Assembly (NCBI GenBank): GCA_013239625.1
Contig: MU056050.1
Coordinates: 2,032,084 to 2,096,083, forward strand
From: Lama guanicoe
Taxonomy: Eukaryota
Direction of reading: 5' to 3'
Length of the DNA stretch: 64,000 nt
Shown piece by piece: positions 51,401 through 64,000 of the stretch. Position 1 is the stretch's first letter. Each line of letters opens with the position of its first letter. The translations under genes and the position numbers were made by a program. Below the pieces are notes generated by a model. That model saw only the letters and a list, made by a program, of their open reading frames with translations, ran no database searches and was not told the DNA's origin.

Positions 51401-53633
51401 TCCCAAACATTTAACATTTGAAAACTTCCATTACCTCTTCCCCTTGAGCCATTCTTCAGAGGACCTGGCACCTAGACGCTCCCTGTCCTAGTTGCCCTCC
51501 CATGGATGCACTCCAGTTGTCAATTTCCTTCTTAAAACCCGGTGTCCACAAATGAACACAAGAGTCTATGGTCCCAGAGTCCCAGGAATCCAGATTGGCA
51601 GTGGGTAAAACATCCAGGTGAAGGGGCAGATGGGTAGCAAAAGTAGTCAATGCAGCCAGACCCGGGGTTTGCCCATGGTGCACCCTCGCGGAGGGCTGTG
51701 GTGGGGACCCGACCCTGAGGTGAAGGGAACTCATAAATTCCTCTCTGGGGCAAAGGCCACTTCCAGAGCCCAGGAAGATCAAACTTGAAGGTCCTCGTCA
51801 CTGAGGGACTGTTTTGTTTGGAGATGAAGAAAGCCAAGGAGAGACTGACGTTAGGTTCTGCCACAGCGACTTGGCAGGAAGTTTAAAGAAAGTAGCAGGT
51901 ACCTTGATTTAAAAAAAAAAAAAGATTATCATGAATTTTTTTTTCTCTTCCACTTTAAGAACTGATTAAAGGATGTGTGAAGGTAACAGATGGCTCCCAT
52001 TATAGTCATGTCCATTTGCCTTCTGGGAAAAGCGAAGCCAAAAGAGTTTTATTGAAATTCAAGCTACTTTTTACATTTGAATACATTAGGAAGGCCCAGA
52101 GAGTACATTATCCTGGGAGAGACAGACACTAAATTCCCCTGTTTACACTGCAATAATCAGGGCTGACGGTACCCGAGACATGTAGTTTCTGCATCCTGCC
52201 TAATCTATCGTGATGAGGCTTCAACTATGAAAGCATCTTGACAGCCGGCACCATAATAATAGTGAATGACTATTTGGACTGGATCATGAATAAAAGACTG
52301 TACATATGTCTATAATGAGAATTTCATTGAAAATGAAAATACTAAAGCTGTCGTATTTTTTAATACTTCGATTTGCACATCCTTGACTGCTTTGGGGCAT
52401 AAAAAGAGAAAGTGCCAAGCAATTTGTTGTCAGCTCTTGAAATAAATTATCATTTAAACACTTCCTCTCCACAAAGGTTATTAGCTTAGTAGCTTGTTCC
52501 TGGGGTTGGACCATCAGTAGGGGAAAAAAAAAAAACGTAAGACATTAAACTACCCTTTCAAAAGCTGAATATTAGTTACTGTGGAAATTGTTCTCTCAGT
52601 AGCTTAACATATTTCGCTGTATCTCTCCAATGCTGCACATTAGACTGCAGCGACTATTAATAAATACTGTCATATTTTACAGCTGTCATGCAAAGCTGAA
52701 AAAAGGCTTCACTGTGATTAGATCCTGTTTACTGTAATATTTCCAGCTCAGACTCAGAAAGGCAGTTTTCCTATAAAGGTATTTTCCATAAGTAGAATAT
52801 TTCTCCATCAAATGACATGACTAATTTTAATGTAGCGTTAACTCCTTGGTGGCAGTGATTTTGAGGTTGAATTGACTTCACAGCCAGATATACATTCCTC
52901 TCCAGAGACACATTAAACCAAAATGTCAAATTTTCTCTCTTGGGTTGTCCTTCATATTCGGGAATGGTGCTTTGAGTCATCCCCTCCCCCACAGAAGGAC
53001 ACATTTGTACTGGTTTACCCACCTTCTTTTGCCCTGTGTCTCTTGTGACCGATTGCATTGTTTGCAAGACAGCTGGTCAGGATTTAGGGTAGGAATGACA
53101 CTTCAGTGGGCTAGCTAGAAATTCTGCTTCCTGAGCTAAATGCCACCGTATGAGTGTAAGAAATAGATCTCCAGCCCCCCTACCATGCATTAGCTGTTTG
53201 CAGTGGTATTCACATCTCTGAAAAAAGGAGGTGACAGCTGGCAGGGTTGCTTTTGCTCTGACCTTCCGTTGCTTTTCATCACGCTCCTTGAGGAATTAAC
53301 CCTCACTAAGCTGAATATCTAGTTTTCAATGAATGGGTGGTCCTCACACAATTAAGGGGCAGCTGATGTGTCCAATAAATTCAGGACTGAGCCTGTGGGG
53401 TCTTTGAGAAGGCTCTTCTAAATGATCCTTGGGGAAGAGACAGACTGTGGTGTAGATCTACAACTGTGACTTTGAGGTTCCTCCCCTGGAGCCCCTTTAG
53501 ACAACAGTTAAAGCCCGGGCAGGGTTGCTGTGGAAGTGAAGCAAAAGACTGCATGTAATATCTTTGGCACCAAGCTGAATGTGGTCACGTGTGCAGTAAG
53601 TATTACCTCTTTTTATTTTGCTATCATTACAGA

Positions 53634-53805
53634 ACAGTGGGGAGGAAGGGTGATTTTGCCCCCTGCAGGGGACATTTGGCAATGTCTGGAGACATTTTTA
53701 GTAGTGGGTAGAGGCCAGGAATGCTGTAGGAAACATCCTACAGGGCACAGAACACTGTATCTCCAAAGAATTATCTGGACCAAAATATCAGTAGTGCCAA
53801 GGTGG
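53634..53805 (+). mobile_element. MER20 (internally deleted)
   Basis: ggtgattttgccccctgcaggggacatttggcaatgtctggagacattttt...aaacatcctacagggcacag...gtgccaagg. Confidence 0.85.
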
Positions 53806-53867
53806 CATCAGGGTCAAGGGACAGATGGTTGCAATAATTCCTCAAGGGGTTGCAATGGACCAATCTA

Positions 53868-54140
53868 GCATTTATTGAATGTCTCATACTGTAACTAGAT
53901 TGGTGTTAAGCACTGTATTCAATAGTAGGTGTAGTCTGTGGCTTTGAAGAGCTTAACATTATGGTCAGAGAGACAGGATAAGATTAATGCCATGAGGCAA
54001 AGATAAGTACAAAACAGCATATACAAGAGTTAGATTGATTAGCACAGGTTTGAAGCAGCATTGGAATCCAAATAAGAAAGAGTTGTCAATAAACAAGGTG
54101 GACCTATCAGGGAAGGCTCCATGGAAGGAGTTATACATGT
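53868..54140 (-). mobile_element. L2 3' end remnant
   Basis: gcatttattgaatgtctcatactgt...atcagggaaggctccatggaagg. Confidence 0.55.
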
Positions 54141-55144
54141 TTCTGAGTCCACCACCCAACTGCCTTCCCTAGCAATGCCCTTGCTTTGATTGCTAAGGCC
54201 AAGTTGGTATCTGGAACCAAAACAACATGGCATTCCCATCAATGCTCCCAAACGTCAGAGCTTAGGGCAAGAAATACAATTAAAAGAAAAACCAAAAAAG
54301 GAACAATGTTCCTTTTACTAAATGGAAAGCAATTACAGAGCTGTTGAAAATAGGCAGTAAACAAAATGAGGGAGGGAAATACTGGCAAAATTCCATTCTC
54401 CCAACTAAGCCTATAGCAAAAGTGCAATTTGCAACAAAATCAACAGTGCTCTCTCCCTCTCTTGCAGTCACATTGTTTGGCATCAGCACAGCTACACATG
54501 CTGCCTTAGCGGCAAAGTGTACAGAAGCTAGGAAGAGAGACTATGATTGGAAAGGAGGAGGGGGCAGAGGTTAAGGTGAAGCACAGTTCATCCCACCCTC
54601 CACAGCCTCCCCCTCCGAGTCTCTGTGGAGCACCCTCATTCAGGGGGAGAGGAGGGGCCCAAACAGAGGCAAATCACTCCCGGTCTTCCTGGATCCCTTC
54701 CAATCAATAAGCTGCCAGTGTCGGTTGCTGTCCTGCTTTGTCGACTCCGCAAACGATCTGATTAATTCTCCAGTGCTAACTGCCTCAGCGGGCTTTCTCG
54801 GCAGTAGAACAGAGGCTAATTAAGACCATGTCAGGCGAGGAGGCTGACAGGTTATGTTCCTGGGCCACACTTTTAGAACTTTTAGAGGATGCTTCAGTTT
54901 CCCCGCAGGCGGGCAGTGCTTGGCCAGGCACCGATTCTGTTGCAGGCCTCTCATTTATTTCCACCCATTCCTGCATCAACGGGCCTCCGTTTTGTCAAGG
55001 ATTTACATCTTTCTCCTTGGGGGCAATTAGCTGCCACTGTGTTCACTTTCAATTGCATTATTTCAGCTTCCTTTCATTTGAATTTTTAATATGCTTGTAA
55101 ACAAAGATAACAATTAATAGTGGGGTCATTTCCCTCCTAAATCA

Positions 55145-55197
55145 TGTGTATGTGTGTGTGTTTGTGTGTGTGAGTGAGAGAGAGAGAGTGTGTGTGT
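55145..55197. repeat. (TG)n/(GA)n microsatellite
   Basis: tgtgtatgtgtgtgtgtttgtgtgtgtgagtgagagagagagagtgtgtgtg. Confidence 0.9.
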
Positions 55198-55578
55198 CTT
55201 ACCAGCATATAGCCCACAGAGGTGAGTTTAGGACAGATAAAGGAAGCGCTACTTCTCACAGCAGGTAGAAAATGGAGGAAACATATGGAACTCATTACAC
55301 CACGTGGCGGATTAGACTGAAAATATAAATAGCTTCCCTCTCCCCCCAAATAAAGGCTTAGATGAATTCATGGATTCATGGATGACAGACCCATAGTAAG
55401 TTATTAAGGGAAAGAGATGTTTGGAGATTTCTCTAAACTGAGGTTGACACAAATTGCATAGCAGATTTAAGGGGCCATATTTGCCTCCTCCTAAGCAAAT
55501 GGTCACACAGAGCGCTGGCATTCTATGCCTTGAATTTTTAAAGATAATCTCAAGAGTCTGTTATGCAATCTTAAAAAA

Positions 55579-55665
55579 GGGGGTGGGGGTATAGCTCAGT
55601 GGTAGAGTACATGCTTAGCATGCATGAGGTCGTGGGTTGAATCCCCAGTACCTCCATTTAAAGAG
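55579..55665 (+). mobile_element. tRNA-derived SINE (camelid vic-1-like), short form
   Basis: gggggtatagctcagtggtagag (A box)...gggttgaatccccagtacctcca (degenerate B box), followed by an A-rich tail. Confidence 0.8.
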
Positions 55666-55699
55666 AAAAGATCAAGAACATCCTGTTGTGAGAGGTGAT

Positions 55700-56035
55700 T
55701 GGCTCAGTTAAGGATGTTAAAGAAAAGCATCATCAAACCATAAGTTCGGTTCCATGCCCGGCTCTTCCACTAAGTAGCTGTGTGATCTTGGGCAAGTCAT
55801 ATACCCTTTTTGGTTCTCAGATTCCACAACTATAAAATGAGGGAGTGGACTCATTCATTCTTCAACTCATAATTGCTGAGTGCAGGGATGCTGTGTCAGG
55901 AACATTACTGGGATTATGGAAGTGAATGCAACAGAGGGCCTGCCCTTAATAAGCTCACTTTAGAAGGGAGCACAGACATGTTAACTAGTAAGTAGGATCT
56001 AGAGTGATTCTTTTAGGTTCTAAAATTTTGTGAGC
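55700..56035. mobile_element. MIR3-like (+) split by an L2 tail (-)
   Basis: ccactaagtagctgtgtgatcttgggcaagtc...aaaatgagggagtggac | tcattcattc...(L2)... | taggttctaaaattttgtga. Confidence 0.65.
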
Positions 56036-56529
56036 TATTATAGCACTTCCATTTATAATGAAGCCTGAACTCTTTTCCAAATGACCACTCTTTGGGAGGG
56101 CTATGGAGACACGAATAATCACCCACATTAGCTTTGGAAATTAGCCAGAGACCCTCAGCACACACTCGTTTTTTCTGGCTCACCCTTAGTGCTCAGCCTT
56201 TAGCCATTCCCGGACCCCGCTTGGTAGAGGAGAAAAGGAAACAACGCTTAGTGAGTAGATTAGGATATTCCAGTCGATCCTAAAACCCTTCCTGGCAGAT
56301 CTCCAAGTTAGGGACTGCCACACCGCACTTCACACAGTGTGCTGGGCTTCTCAACAGCGCCCTCCCCTCCATTCAACATCTTTAAGCTAACACCCTTCAA
56401 GGTCTTAAAACGTCCCCATGCAGCCATTTGCAATCTCAAGGCTTCTGTAAAATGAACAGATGGTTTCCTACCAAAAATGATGTGAATATCTAGGATAATA
56501 GATAATGCAGTTTTGTTTTTCCATTATGT

Positions 56530-57248
56530 CCAATTCCTCTAGATTCAAAATGCTCCCCTAGGCAAGGCAGTTACAGTTCTACATGGGCTTTCCAGAGCCT
56601 CTCCCCAAGTCTAGACCCGTATGTCTAGTTTTTCCCCTAAAACCTTTTCCTTGATGCTCCACCAGTACCTCAAGCTCAACATGATGAACTCTGAATTTAT
56701 CATCTTCCCAGAAAACCCTCTGTTTCACCTATGTTCCCTGGCTCAATGAATGGCACTGCCCAGTTGCCCGAAGCAGAAACCTCGTCCTTGAATCCTCCCT
56801 TTTCATCATCCCTCATATCTCATCCTCAAAGACCCTCTTCTGCAGTCCCACTACCACTGACTCCGGCTGCCGTGACCTTCTGCACCATCCTCCTAACTGA
56901 GCTCCTTGATCTTAACCCCTCCACTGCCACTGGACAGCAGTCTTCCCATCACATCACTCCCCTGACTAAAAGCTTTCAGTGGCTTCCCGTTACTCCTAGG
57001 GTCATGGCCTAGTTTCTTAGCATGGCGCAGAAGGCCTCTCATGATCCAGTTAAACTCTGACCCATTTTCCTAGCTTCATCTCCTCCCAGCCCCTACCCCC
57101 TAGTTCTCTATACTCTAGCCATATGGAACTATGCCACTTTCAATAAGCAACATGTACAGCACCCTAATTTGTTGTTTTTTTTTTTTTGCCTCCATGCCTT
57201 TGCACATACTGTTCCAACTTCCTGGCACTCAGCCCCCTCACTCCACTT

Positions 57249-57294
<46 letters not shown>

Positions 57295-57605
57295 CATACA
57301 CATACGCAGTCTATGTGGTAAATGATATGTGATTCAAAACTCTGCTCAAATATTCACTTCCCCAGCCCTAGGTGTCCACTCCTGCCTTCCCTGTGTCCAC
57401 CTCTATTATAGCACTGATTATACTGTATAATAATACCGTGGTATTATTATTATCTGTTTATGTCTTTATCTTCCTCACAAGACTGTGAACTTCTTAAAGA
57501 CAAGATTGTTGTCTTATTCACCTCTGCCAGCACTGTGCTAAGTGCTGAGTACAACACAGTGCCTGAATTATTATTGTTTGTAAATTGAACAAATGAATGA
57601 GCAAA
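56530..57605 (+). mobile_element. L2 3' region containing a (CA)n(GA)n microsatellite at ~57249-57300
   Basis: cctcaagctcaacatg, catcactcccctgactaaaagctttcagtggcttcc, gactgtgaacttctt...tgaacaaatgaatga. Confidence 0.8.
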
Positions 57606-59022
57606 TGACAGACCTTAACTAAAAACAAAATGGGAGATCGCAGGGACCTTGAGAAACAGATGAAGGATATGGATTCGGGTATATTATGTTCTCAGATCAC
57701 ACAGAAGGGGCTCAATGACCTCCTATATACTGCACTAACTCTGATTTTGATTTCTTCTATGACCTATCTTCCTTACCAAAGATATCACCTTCCTGATCCA
57801 ACCAACTTGGAAGCAGAACAAACATTTTGGTGCTGGGAACTTTAGTTATGGGTTCCTGGCTAAAGGATAAACCTGCAGTGCACTAGATGGCCGCTGAATC
57901 TCGGTCAATACAGAGTCATTAACACATGAGGACCTTCATGAGCTAGGACGTAGATAATGCACTATTTCATCCCAACCAACAGTATTTGCAGATCCACATG
58001 CATTCTCTGCAACAAGAGCAGCATGATGCTAATTTCCACAGGTCCCAGTGAAAAAGTAAATAAGGCAAATCATTTCAAATTGTTTGTGTAGGCAATGTAA
58101 CAAAGATAAAAAGTGATGTGAGAGCTGGTGCACTCAGTTATCTGTACCAGCCACATGCAGATAATCCAAAGGGCATTTCTGTTGGGCAAGAAATAGGGCC
58201 TTTTCTTAACAGATTAGCCTTCTTGCTTCTATTCTACATAGGCATGGCTGAGCATAGGAATAAAGGGAGGTGCCCCAGGGAAAGGGATCTTTAGAGATGT
58301 CCCTTCAATTACGAGTTCCCAAAAGACAGGAGGTACCCTTTTGAGGAACAAGCAGGACTAAGATACAAAACAGTTGTGTGGAGAAACAGAAGTGGGTGAG
58401 GGGGACATAGAAGAAAAGAGTAGGACCCTGAATCCAGGGAGAAAAAGGGTGGTTTCAAGACCCCAAAACTAACTTGGCTGATCTTATAATGACCAGCCCT
58501 GTGCCTGAAATTACTGAAATTATGTCAGGCAATTACTGACATCTGTATCAGGAACAAAGATAATCCACAACAAACATCATAAGCCTGCTAATTTTTGCTA
58601 AAGAGATTTGACATGGGGCTTTATAGTGCTTAAAATTTTTATTGCTTGAAATTCAAAAGAATTGCATCAGCTGTAAAATTTTCAGGTTCCAACAAGCAAA
58701 CTACAGAATTATTACACAGAAGCATTTTATACCCCTGAGAGCCTGAGAAAGAGCTTCTAAAGATTAGTCAGGTCTCTTCCTCTCTTGGGAAGCTCTTGGC
58801 GGAGGTGTATTCCTCCTGAAAATCCTGGAGAGGGAATAACTGGTTTCTATTTGGTACAGTGGGGCAGGAAGTGGCGCAATGTTATTTATCAAAACTACTC
58901 ATTGTCTTCCATTTCCTAACTTTTTCTAAAATATAAATGTGTTATGTTTCGTCAATGAGGTGGTAGCTTTCAAGAGTAGGGGCTAAGGCTTATCTAAGTG
59001 ATTTTTTTATCTCACCACTTTT

Positions 59023-59141
59023 TTTGTAGGGGGTGGGGTAATTAGGTTTATTTATTTATTTATTTTAATGGAGGTACTGGAGATTGAACCCAGGACCTTG
59101 TACATGCTGAGCACCACCTCTACCACTGAGCTATACCCTCC
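59023..59141 (-). mobile_element. tRNA-derived SINE (camelid vic-1-like), full length with 14-bp TSD
   Basis: Reverse strand reads ggagggtatagctcagtggtagag...gggttcaatctccagtacctccatt(aaat)n...; TSD atctcaccactttt at 59009-59022 and 59142-59155. Confidence 0.9.
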
Positions 59142-59824
59142 ATCTCACCACTTTTATCTACCTAGCACAGTGCTGAATAGTAGTTTAAGAAAAATATCTT
59201 AAACATGTCAAGCTGGAAAGGTCTTTAAAATTCTTAAGTCTGAGGTTTCAGCCTCCCAAAAATGGATTGGCTCCAGATATTGTTGATTTGGTGAATTTTC
59301 TAATCTGTAATTCTATTTGAAATGTGGGATTCCAAACATCTAAAGACTAGCGACAGATTTATCATATTAAGTCTTTTCTACTCTGTCTCAATTTTTTTGT
59401 CTACATAATGGTAGTAAAATACTTTGCACCCTATTCGCAGGAATAAAGAGGACTGGCACAATGACGTAAGCAAAAGTCAAATGCCAGGTGTGCCTGGGCA
59501 ATTGCCTACCACTAAAAAGTAAAAAACAGACAAAAAACAAAAAAACAAAAAAAACTGCTCTGCAGATGAGTGGTTAAGATGCAAGAAGACAGGTTCATCC
59601 TACTGTGCCCAGAGTCATAGTCCTTCCTGTAAGACTTTACCCAACAGAACTGAAAGAGTTTATGTGCCTTTCCACATTGCTGGTGTGCTCACCCACCCAG
59701 AGGATCCAGCCAGCTCTATCCATTCCTTGCACTGATTAGCAAGTCAAGTCATCGCATTAAATGGGAATAGTGCACAAATGCTAATCAGACCAGTGATTCC
59801 TACGATATACTCCCCGGGCCATAG

Positions 59825-59985
59825 AATGGCCATAGGTTTTGGTTGCATGTTCATTTCTTCACCCTTACAGTGAGGTAATCATTGTACCTAACTAACTCAT
59901 AAGACTATTGTGTAGTTTACATCTGTGAAAGGCATCTAAAACAGTTCCTGGCACCTTCTTAGCATAAGTGTTAGCCATTATTATG
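59825..59985 (+). mobile_element. MIR 3' remnant
   Basis: tgtacctaactaactcataagactattgtg...acagttcctggcac...tgttagccattattat. Confidence 0.6.
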
Positions 59986-61194
59986 ATGTGCTTCCTAGGG
60001 TCACAGGAAAGGAGTGACCACTGAGACACAGAATGAAGATCCTTAGCTGCCCTGTCTGGTCTTGTCTGTGCCTTGGGGCCACCCTGCTCATCTCTCCAAT
60101 GTGCTAATTTTGGTCCTCTTCTATCAAAATCAGAACCAGCTCCCAGGAAAGGAGCTGGGAAATTTATTTACCTTACACAGAAGTAGAAATGGCTGATGCA
60201 CAATCTCACTCACAACATCTCTGTGTTTTAGTCAACTACAGAAAGCCTCCGGCCAAAAGAAGGAAGCCTTGCTTTTGGAATTGCAATACTGGTAATGGGG
60301 GAGGGGGCTTATCAGTTTCCTGCAGTCCTAACTTCACAGCCCGCCCTTTGTCTGTCCCGTATATTGCTCAGCTCAGGCTCATGGCTGAAGAGAAGGGAGC
60401 AATCAGAAAAGCTGGACCAATGCATTTTTGTGGTTTTACTGGGTACCTGTTCCAGAGAATAATAAAATAGAAAATGTTATTTTCTTCATTCACAAGCAAA
60501 TGGAAATGCCTAAAGGCAACTTAAGCTGAACAGACAACCTCTGGAAAATCTTCAAGCCAGTGACTCCACCAAAAATATATCTATATTTTCATTTTTAATG
60601 AGCTGACAGAAAGCAGAGCATATGTCTTTTCTGACACATTTTGGGTTTCCTTGAATTCATAGTATACATACTGAATCCTAGAATTATGAAGCAAAGCTCA
60701 GTTTATGGTCTTACATTGGTTTGGCTTAAGCTGACAAATAATAAAATGGGGGGATGGCCGTGTCTCTAGTTCCCTTCCAGTCTCTCCCTTTACCTGCAGG
60801 CACATTCCCTGCAGCCACTGCATCATATGACTGGATGGCCCCAGTCATTTGAGTGCCTCACCAACTAGGAGGGCTGTGAAAAGAAAGCAAAGGATCAGAG
60901 TTGGGAGCATGGGGAGACCTCTGATCATTAAGTCAGAGATCATGGGAAGGATCCTTTTGCAGCCTTCCAGACAAACAGATAAGATGTAACAACTACCCTC
61001 ACTAACAGTCTTCAAAAATCTCAGGTCAACATCCCCCAAACTCCAGCAGCAGCCTCATCACTTTGTCTTCAGGGCTGTCTCCACCAAGCCGATGTTCAAG
61101 AGTCTATGGTACAGTGGCCACATCTTCTGAACAGAGAAACAGGACACGTTGTCCGGCAATGTGTTTTCTTTTCTTTCTGGTTTATTCCAAGGCA

Positions 61195-61400
61195 GGCCTG
61201 AGGATTTCTATCTCAGCTCTGACATCAGTCAGCCATGTGACCTTGGGCCAAAACCTGAGTATCTGTGAGACGGCAATGGTTATAGTATCTACCTAACAGG
61301 ACTGTTATGAAAACTAAATGAGATATGGTTAAAGGACTTAGCACAGTGTCTGAGAAACAGAAATGTACTCAATAAATGGTAGCTATTATTACTTATGATA
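61195..61400 (+). mobile_element. MIR SINE
   Basis: agccatgtgaccttgggc...ctaacaggactgttatgaaaactaaatgagata...ctcaataaatggtagctattatt. Confidence 0.8.
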
Positions 61401-61889
61401 ATGATTAAAATTTTACAAAAGCATCAGCATGAGATCACATTTAGTTCCTAACTTTAGGAATCACCTTTTAGAAAAGAAGGAAGATATGTGAAATTTGGGT
61501 TTCTCCAGGAAATCTCGGATCTTTTATCACTGTATCTACAGGTATTTCTTCCTCTTCAGTTGAATAAGGCATCTTAGAAGAAGAGATGGGAAGAAGACAA
61601 AAATAGGAGGCAAAAGCAACCTTCTCACTCACCCCATAATTCCTTATAGCTGTGGCTAAGCTATTTAGAGCTCTGGCTCTGACTGCGGCTTCCAGCCCCC
61701 CATCCTTTCTGCTCTCTGAATTTTCCAACTTGAAAATAGATAAATATTCCCATAAACTCTTTGCCTTCATGATCTCACCTAATATGTCATCAAGATCTCC
61801 AAATTATTGCTTAACTGGAACCCTGCGAAATGGAAAAACAGCTGTTCTAATTAATATTGTTCAAAAGAAAACCTACCACTTTACACTCC

Positions 61890-62445
61890 CACGCACTTTC
61901 CCCATGTCTTTTATCGTCATTCATAACCAGTCAGGAGGGCAGTGCAGGTGTATCATTGCTGCTTTACAAAAGAAAAAGTCTACATTCCCAGAAAGGGGAG
62001 GTGATTCACCCAAGGTCACAAAGCTAATGAACAGTGAAAGCAGGACTAAAGCCCGTTTCCTAACACTGAGTCCAACTATCTTTCCCCTCCACCAGACTAT
62101 TGCATGAGTTTAGGTCAAGGGATTATTTCCTTATTGACTATGAAAGATTCAGACTTTGGGGGGAAGTATGGGGACTAACGAGTAATCAGTTCCTCAGACT
62201 GATATCCTCCCTTGACTGAGCACCCGCTCAGTGCCAGGCTGTGTGCTAAGCCTTTTAATGCATTATCTCCTTTCATCTTCACAACAATCTTACAAGGGAG
62301 GTGCTATCATGATCCTCATTTAACAGATGAGGAAGTAGAGGAAGGTTAAGTGATCTGCTCAACGTCACACTCCTAGTAAGTGGTGGAGCTCATCCTAGAC
62401 ACTCCATTTCCTAACTCCCTGTAAAGCGTTCTTTCTACTACTCAA
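61890..62445 (-). mobile_element. Two MIR SINEs
   Basis: cccaaggtcacaaagctaatg (61890-62100); gtgccaggctgtgtgctaagc...catttaacagatgaggaagtagag (62210-62445). Confidence 0.75.
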
Positions 62446-63869
62446 CACAGACAGGAACTTTCAGCTTGCTTATTAACAAGGAAAGGATGTTATCTTTAAA
62501 GATGCTTTAGGGCAAAAAGATAAGCCAGTTCTCTCTCAATTCCTCAGACTGATAGAGAAGTAGAAAAAGCAGGCAAATCATGCCTAATCCCAAAGCCATG
62601 ACTGTGCAGCTGTAGAGGGATAGTTAGGGACACGGAATCCAGCAGAGAGAACTCAAGGGGGGAAGTACATCTCTGACCTGCTCATGCACTGGGCTCCAGA
62701 CACAGCTGGTTCTCAGCCAAATAGAAGGGTGAAGTAGGAGTAGTCAGTCTGTAGCTCCCTTCCTCAGGGAGCAGGGGCCCTGATCATGTTCCACTCTATT
62801 CTATGTCATCATCAGAATTGCCCTGTTCCCTTTTCCCTAGAACTCTGCTAGATGCCTGAAGCCAAGTCCAAGTTCTCGTGGCTAGGGAGGACCATGGTCG
62901 CACAATCCAGCAACATTTGCTTTTTAAAGTGCCTTTTAGACCTTCACCTTTGAGCATCTGAATTGAGGGGTGCAGGACCAGCTCTTCTCACTGCCCAATC
63001 CGAGGTGGGGACAGCCATTTAAGAGGGGAATGGGGAGTGGGTTGCTATGGCTAATTCACTCACTAATAATTGAAACGACCATCCTCACTTTCTTGCCTCC
63101 AGAATCCTTCCCTGAGGATACAAATGAATGCAAATCACCCCCAAAGACAGGAAAGGTGAAGCTCCACGTGCACATTTAGACTGGGAAAGGGAAAAATCAG
63201 TTCATTATTTCAAGACCTCTTGTGATGCTGTAAATACACAGTCAACACAGAACAAAGATCCCTTTTTCCCCCCTTACATTATTTATGTGCCATCTAAAAA
63301 TTACATGCCCCTTCTCTTTCCAGCGCTGAGAGAGAAACATGCATATTCATGATCTGATAAATATTTAAGTGGGATTTATTTAAATGAGAGAGTCCATTTA
63401 CAAACATTCCCTGGCGCTGAGATCTTATCCTGGGCACACAGAGGGAGGATGATTTCCTCTGGTAGATTCAAAACCTCCGCTGGCCACCTGCCCCCTAAAC
63501 TTGGAGCTCTTCCTTGAGAGCTGGTGAATGCCACCCGCAGTATTTCAAGGCAGTCTTCCGTACCTCCTCCCTCCAGGCCTGCCTTCCTGCTCTGAGCTCA
63601 TGCCATAGGATCAGTCATTGGCAAAATGCTAGAGCCAAGTTTCTTTGGGGGTGGGGGAGGCAGTCACAGCTTTCTTTGCCGAGGCCCTTCCTCCTCACGA
63701 TGCCAGCCCACAGCAGCAACCACCCTCACCATCCCTATCCTGCCTGTGGGTCCATCTCTCCCCCTCAGGGACGATAGTTACGTGATACACCAGGTAACCA
63801 GGATGTGCTACCCATCCTGGGAGGATATGCGTTTTAATCCTGCTAAAGCATTTTGTCAGTGCTGATTTT

Positions 63870-64000
63870 CAAAGCATGTATACATACAACATTTCATTTG
63901 CTCCTGACAACAATCCTACGAGACTTCTGAAGCAAGCATCACTTTTTGAGTCTTAGAGATGAAGAGATAAAAGAGAGGACACTCTGCTTGTCCAACCTCA
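63870..64000 (-). mobile_element. MIR remnant (runs to window end)
   Basis: tttcatttgctcctgacaacaatcctacgag...agagatgaagagataaaag...cttgtccaac. Confidence 0.5.

Noticed and set aside
55579..55660. Possible tRNA gene
   Set aside because: It has A/B boxes, but the B box is degenerate, it carries an A-rich SINE tail, and a related copy with a TSD lies at 59023-59141; it is a SINE.
61652..62107. Longest ORF in the track (151 aa)
   Set aside because: Non-ATG start, no recognisable domain, and the 3' half overlaps a MIR.

Overview
Mammalian genomic DNA with one protein-coding exon: a 240-nt internal exon (44285-44524, + strand) encoding part of the amino-terminal domain of the AMPA receptor subunit GluA3 (GRIA3; recalled as exon 3 of the X-linked gene). 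The remaining ~63.7 kb is flanking intron, dense in ancient repeats (MIR, L2, L3/CR1, MER5/MER3/MER20/MER53 DNA transposons, an MLT1 solo LTR). It also holds a few younger insertions: two 5'-inverted L1 fragments and two tRNA-derived SINEs whose form suggests a camelid genome. All other ORFs in the track look like chance ORFs or repeat remnants. I found no convincing new gene system. The most interesting observations are structural: a perfect 39-nt inverted L1 match bracketing the phase-symmetric exon (possible circRNA or skipping), an inverted SINE pair and a palindromic MER53 (possible dsRNA/ADAR substrates), and several repeat-free or CpG-rich intronic patches that may be regulatory. Repeat family calls are from recalled consensus sequences, and their boundaries are approximate.
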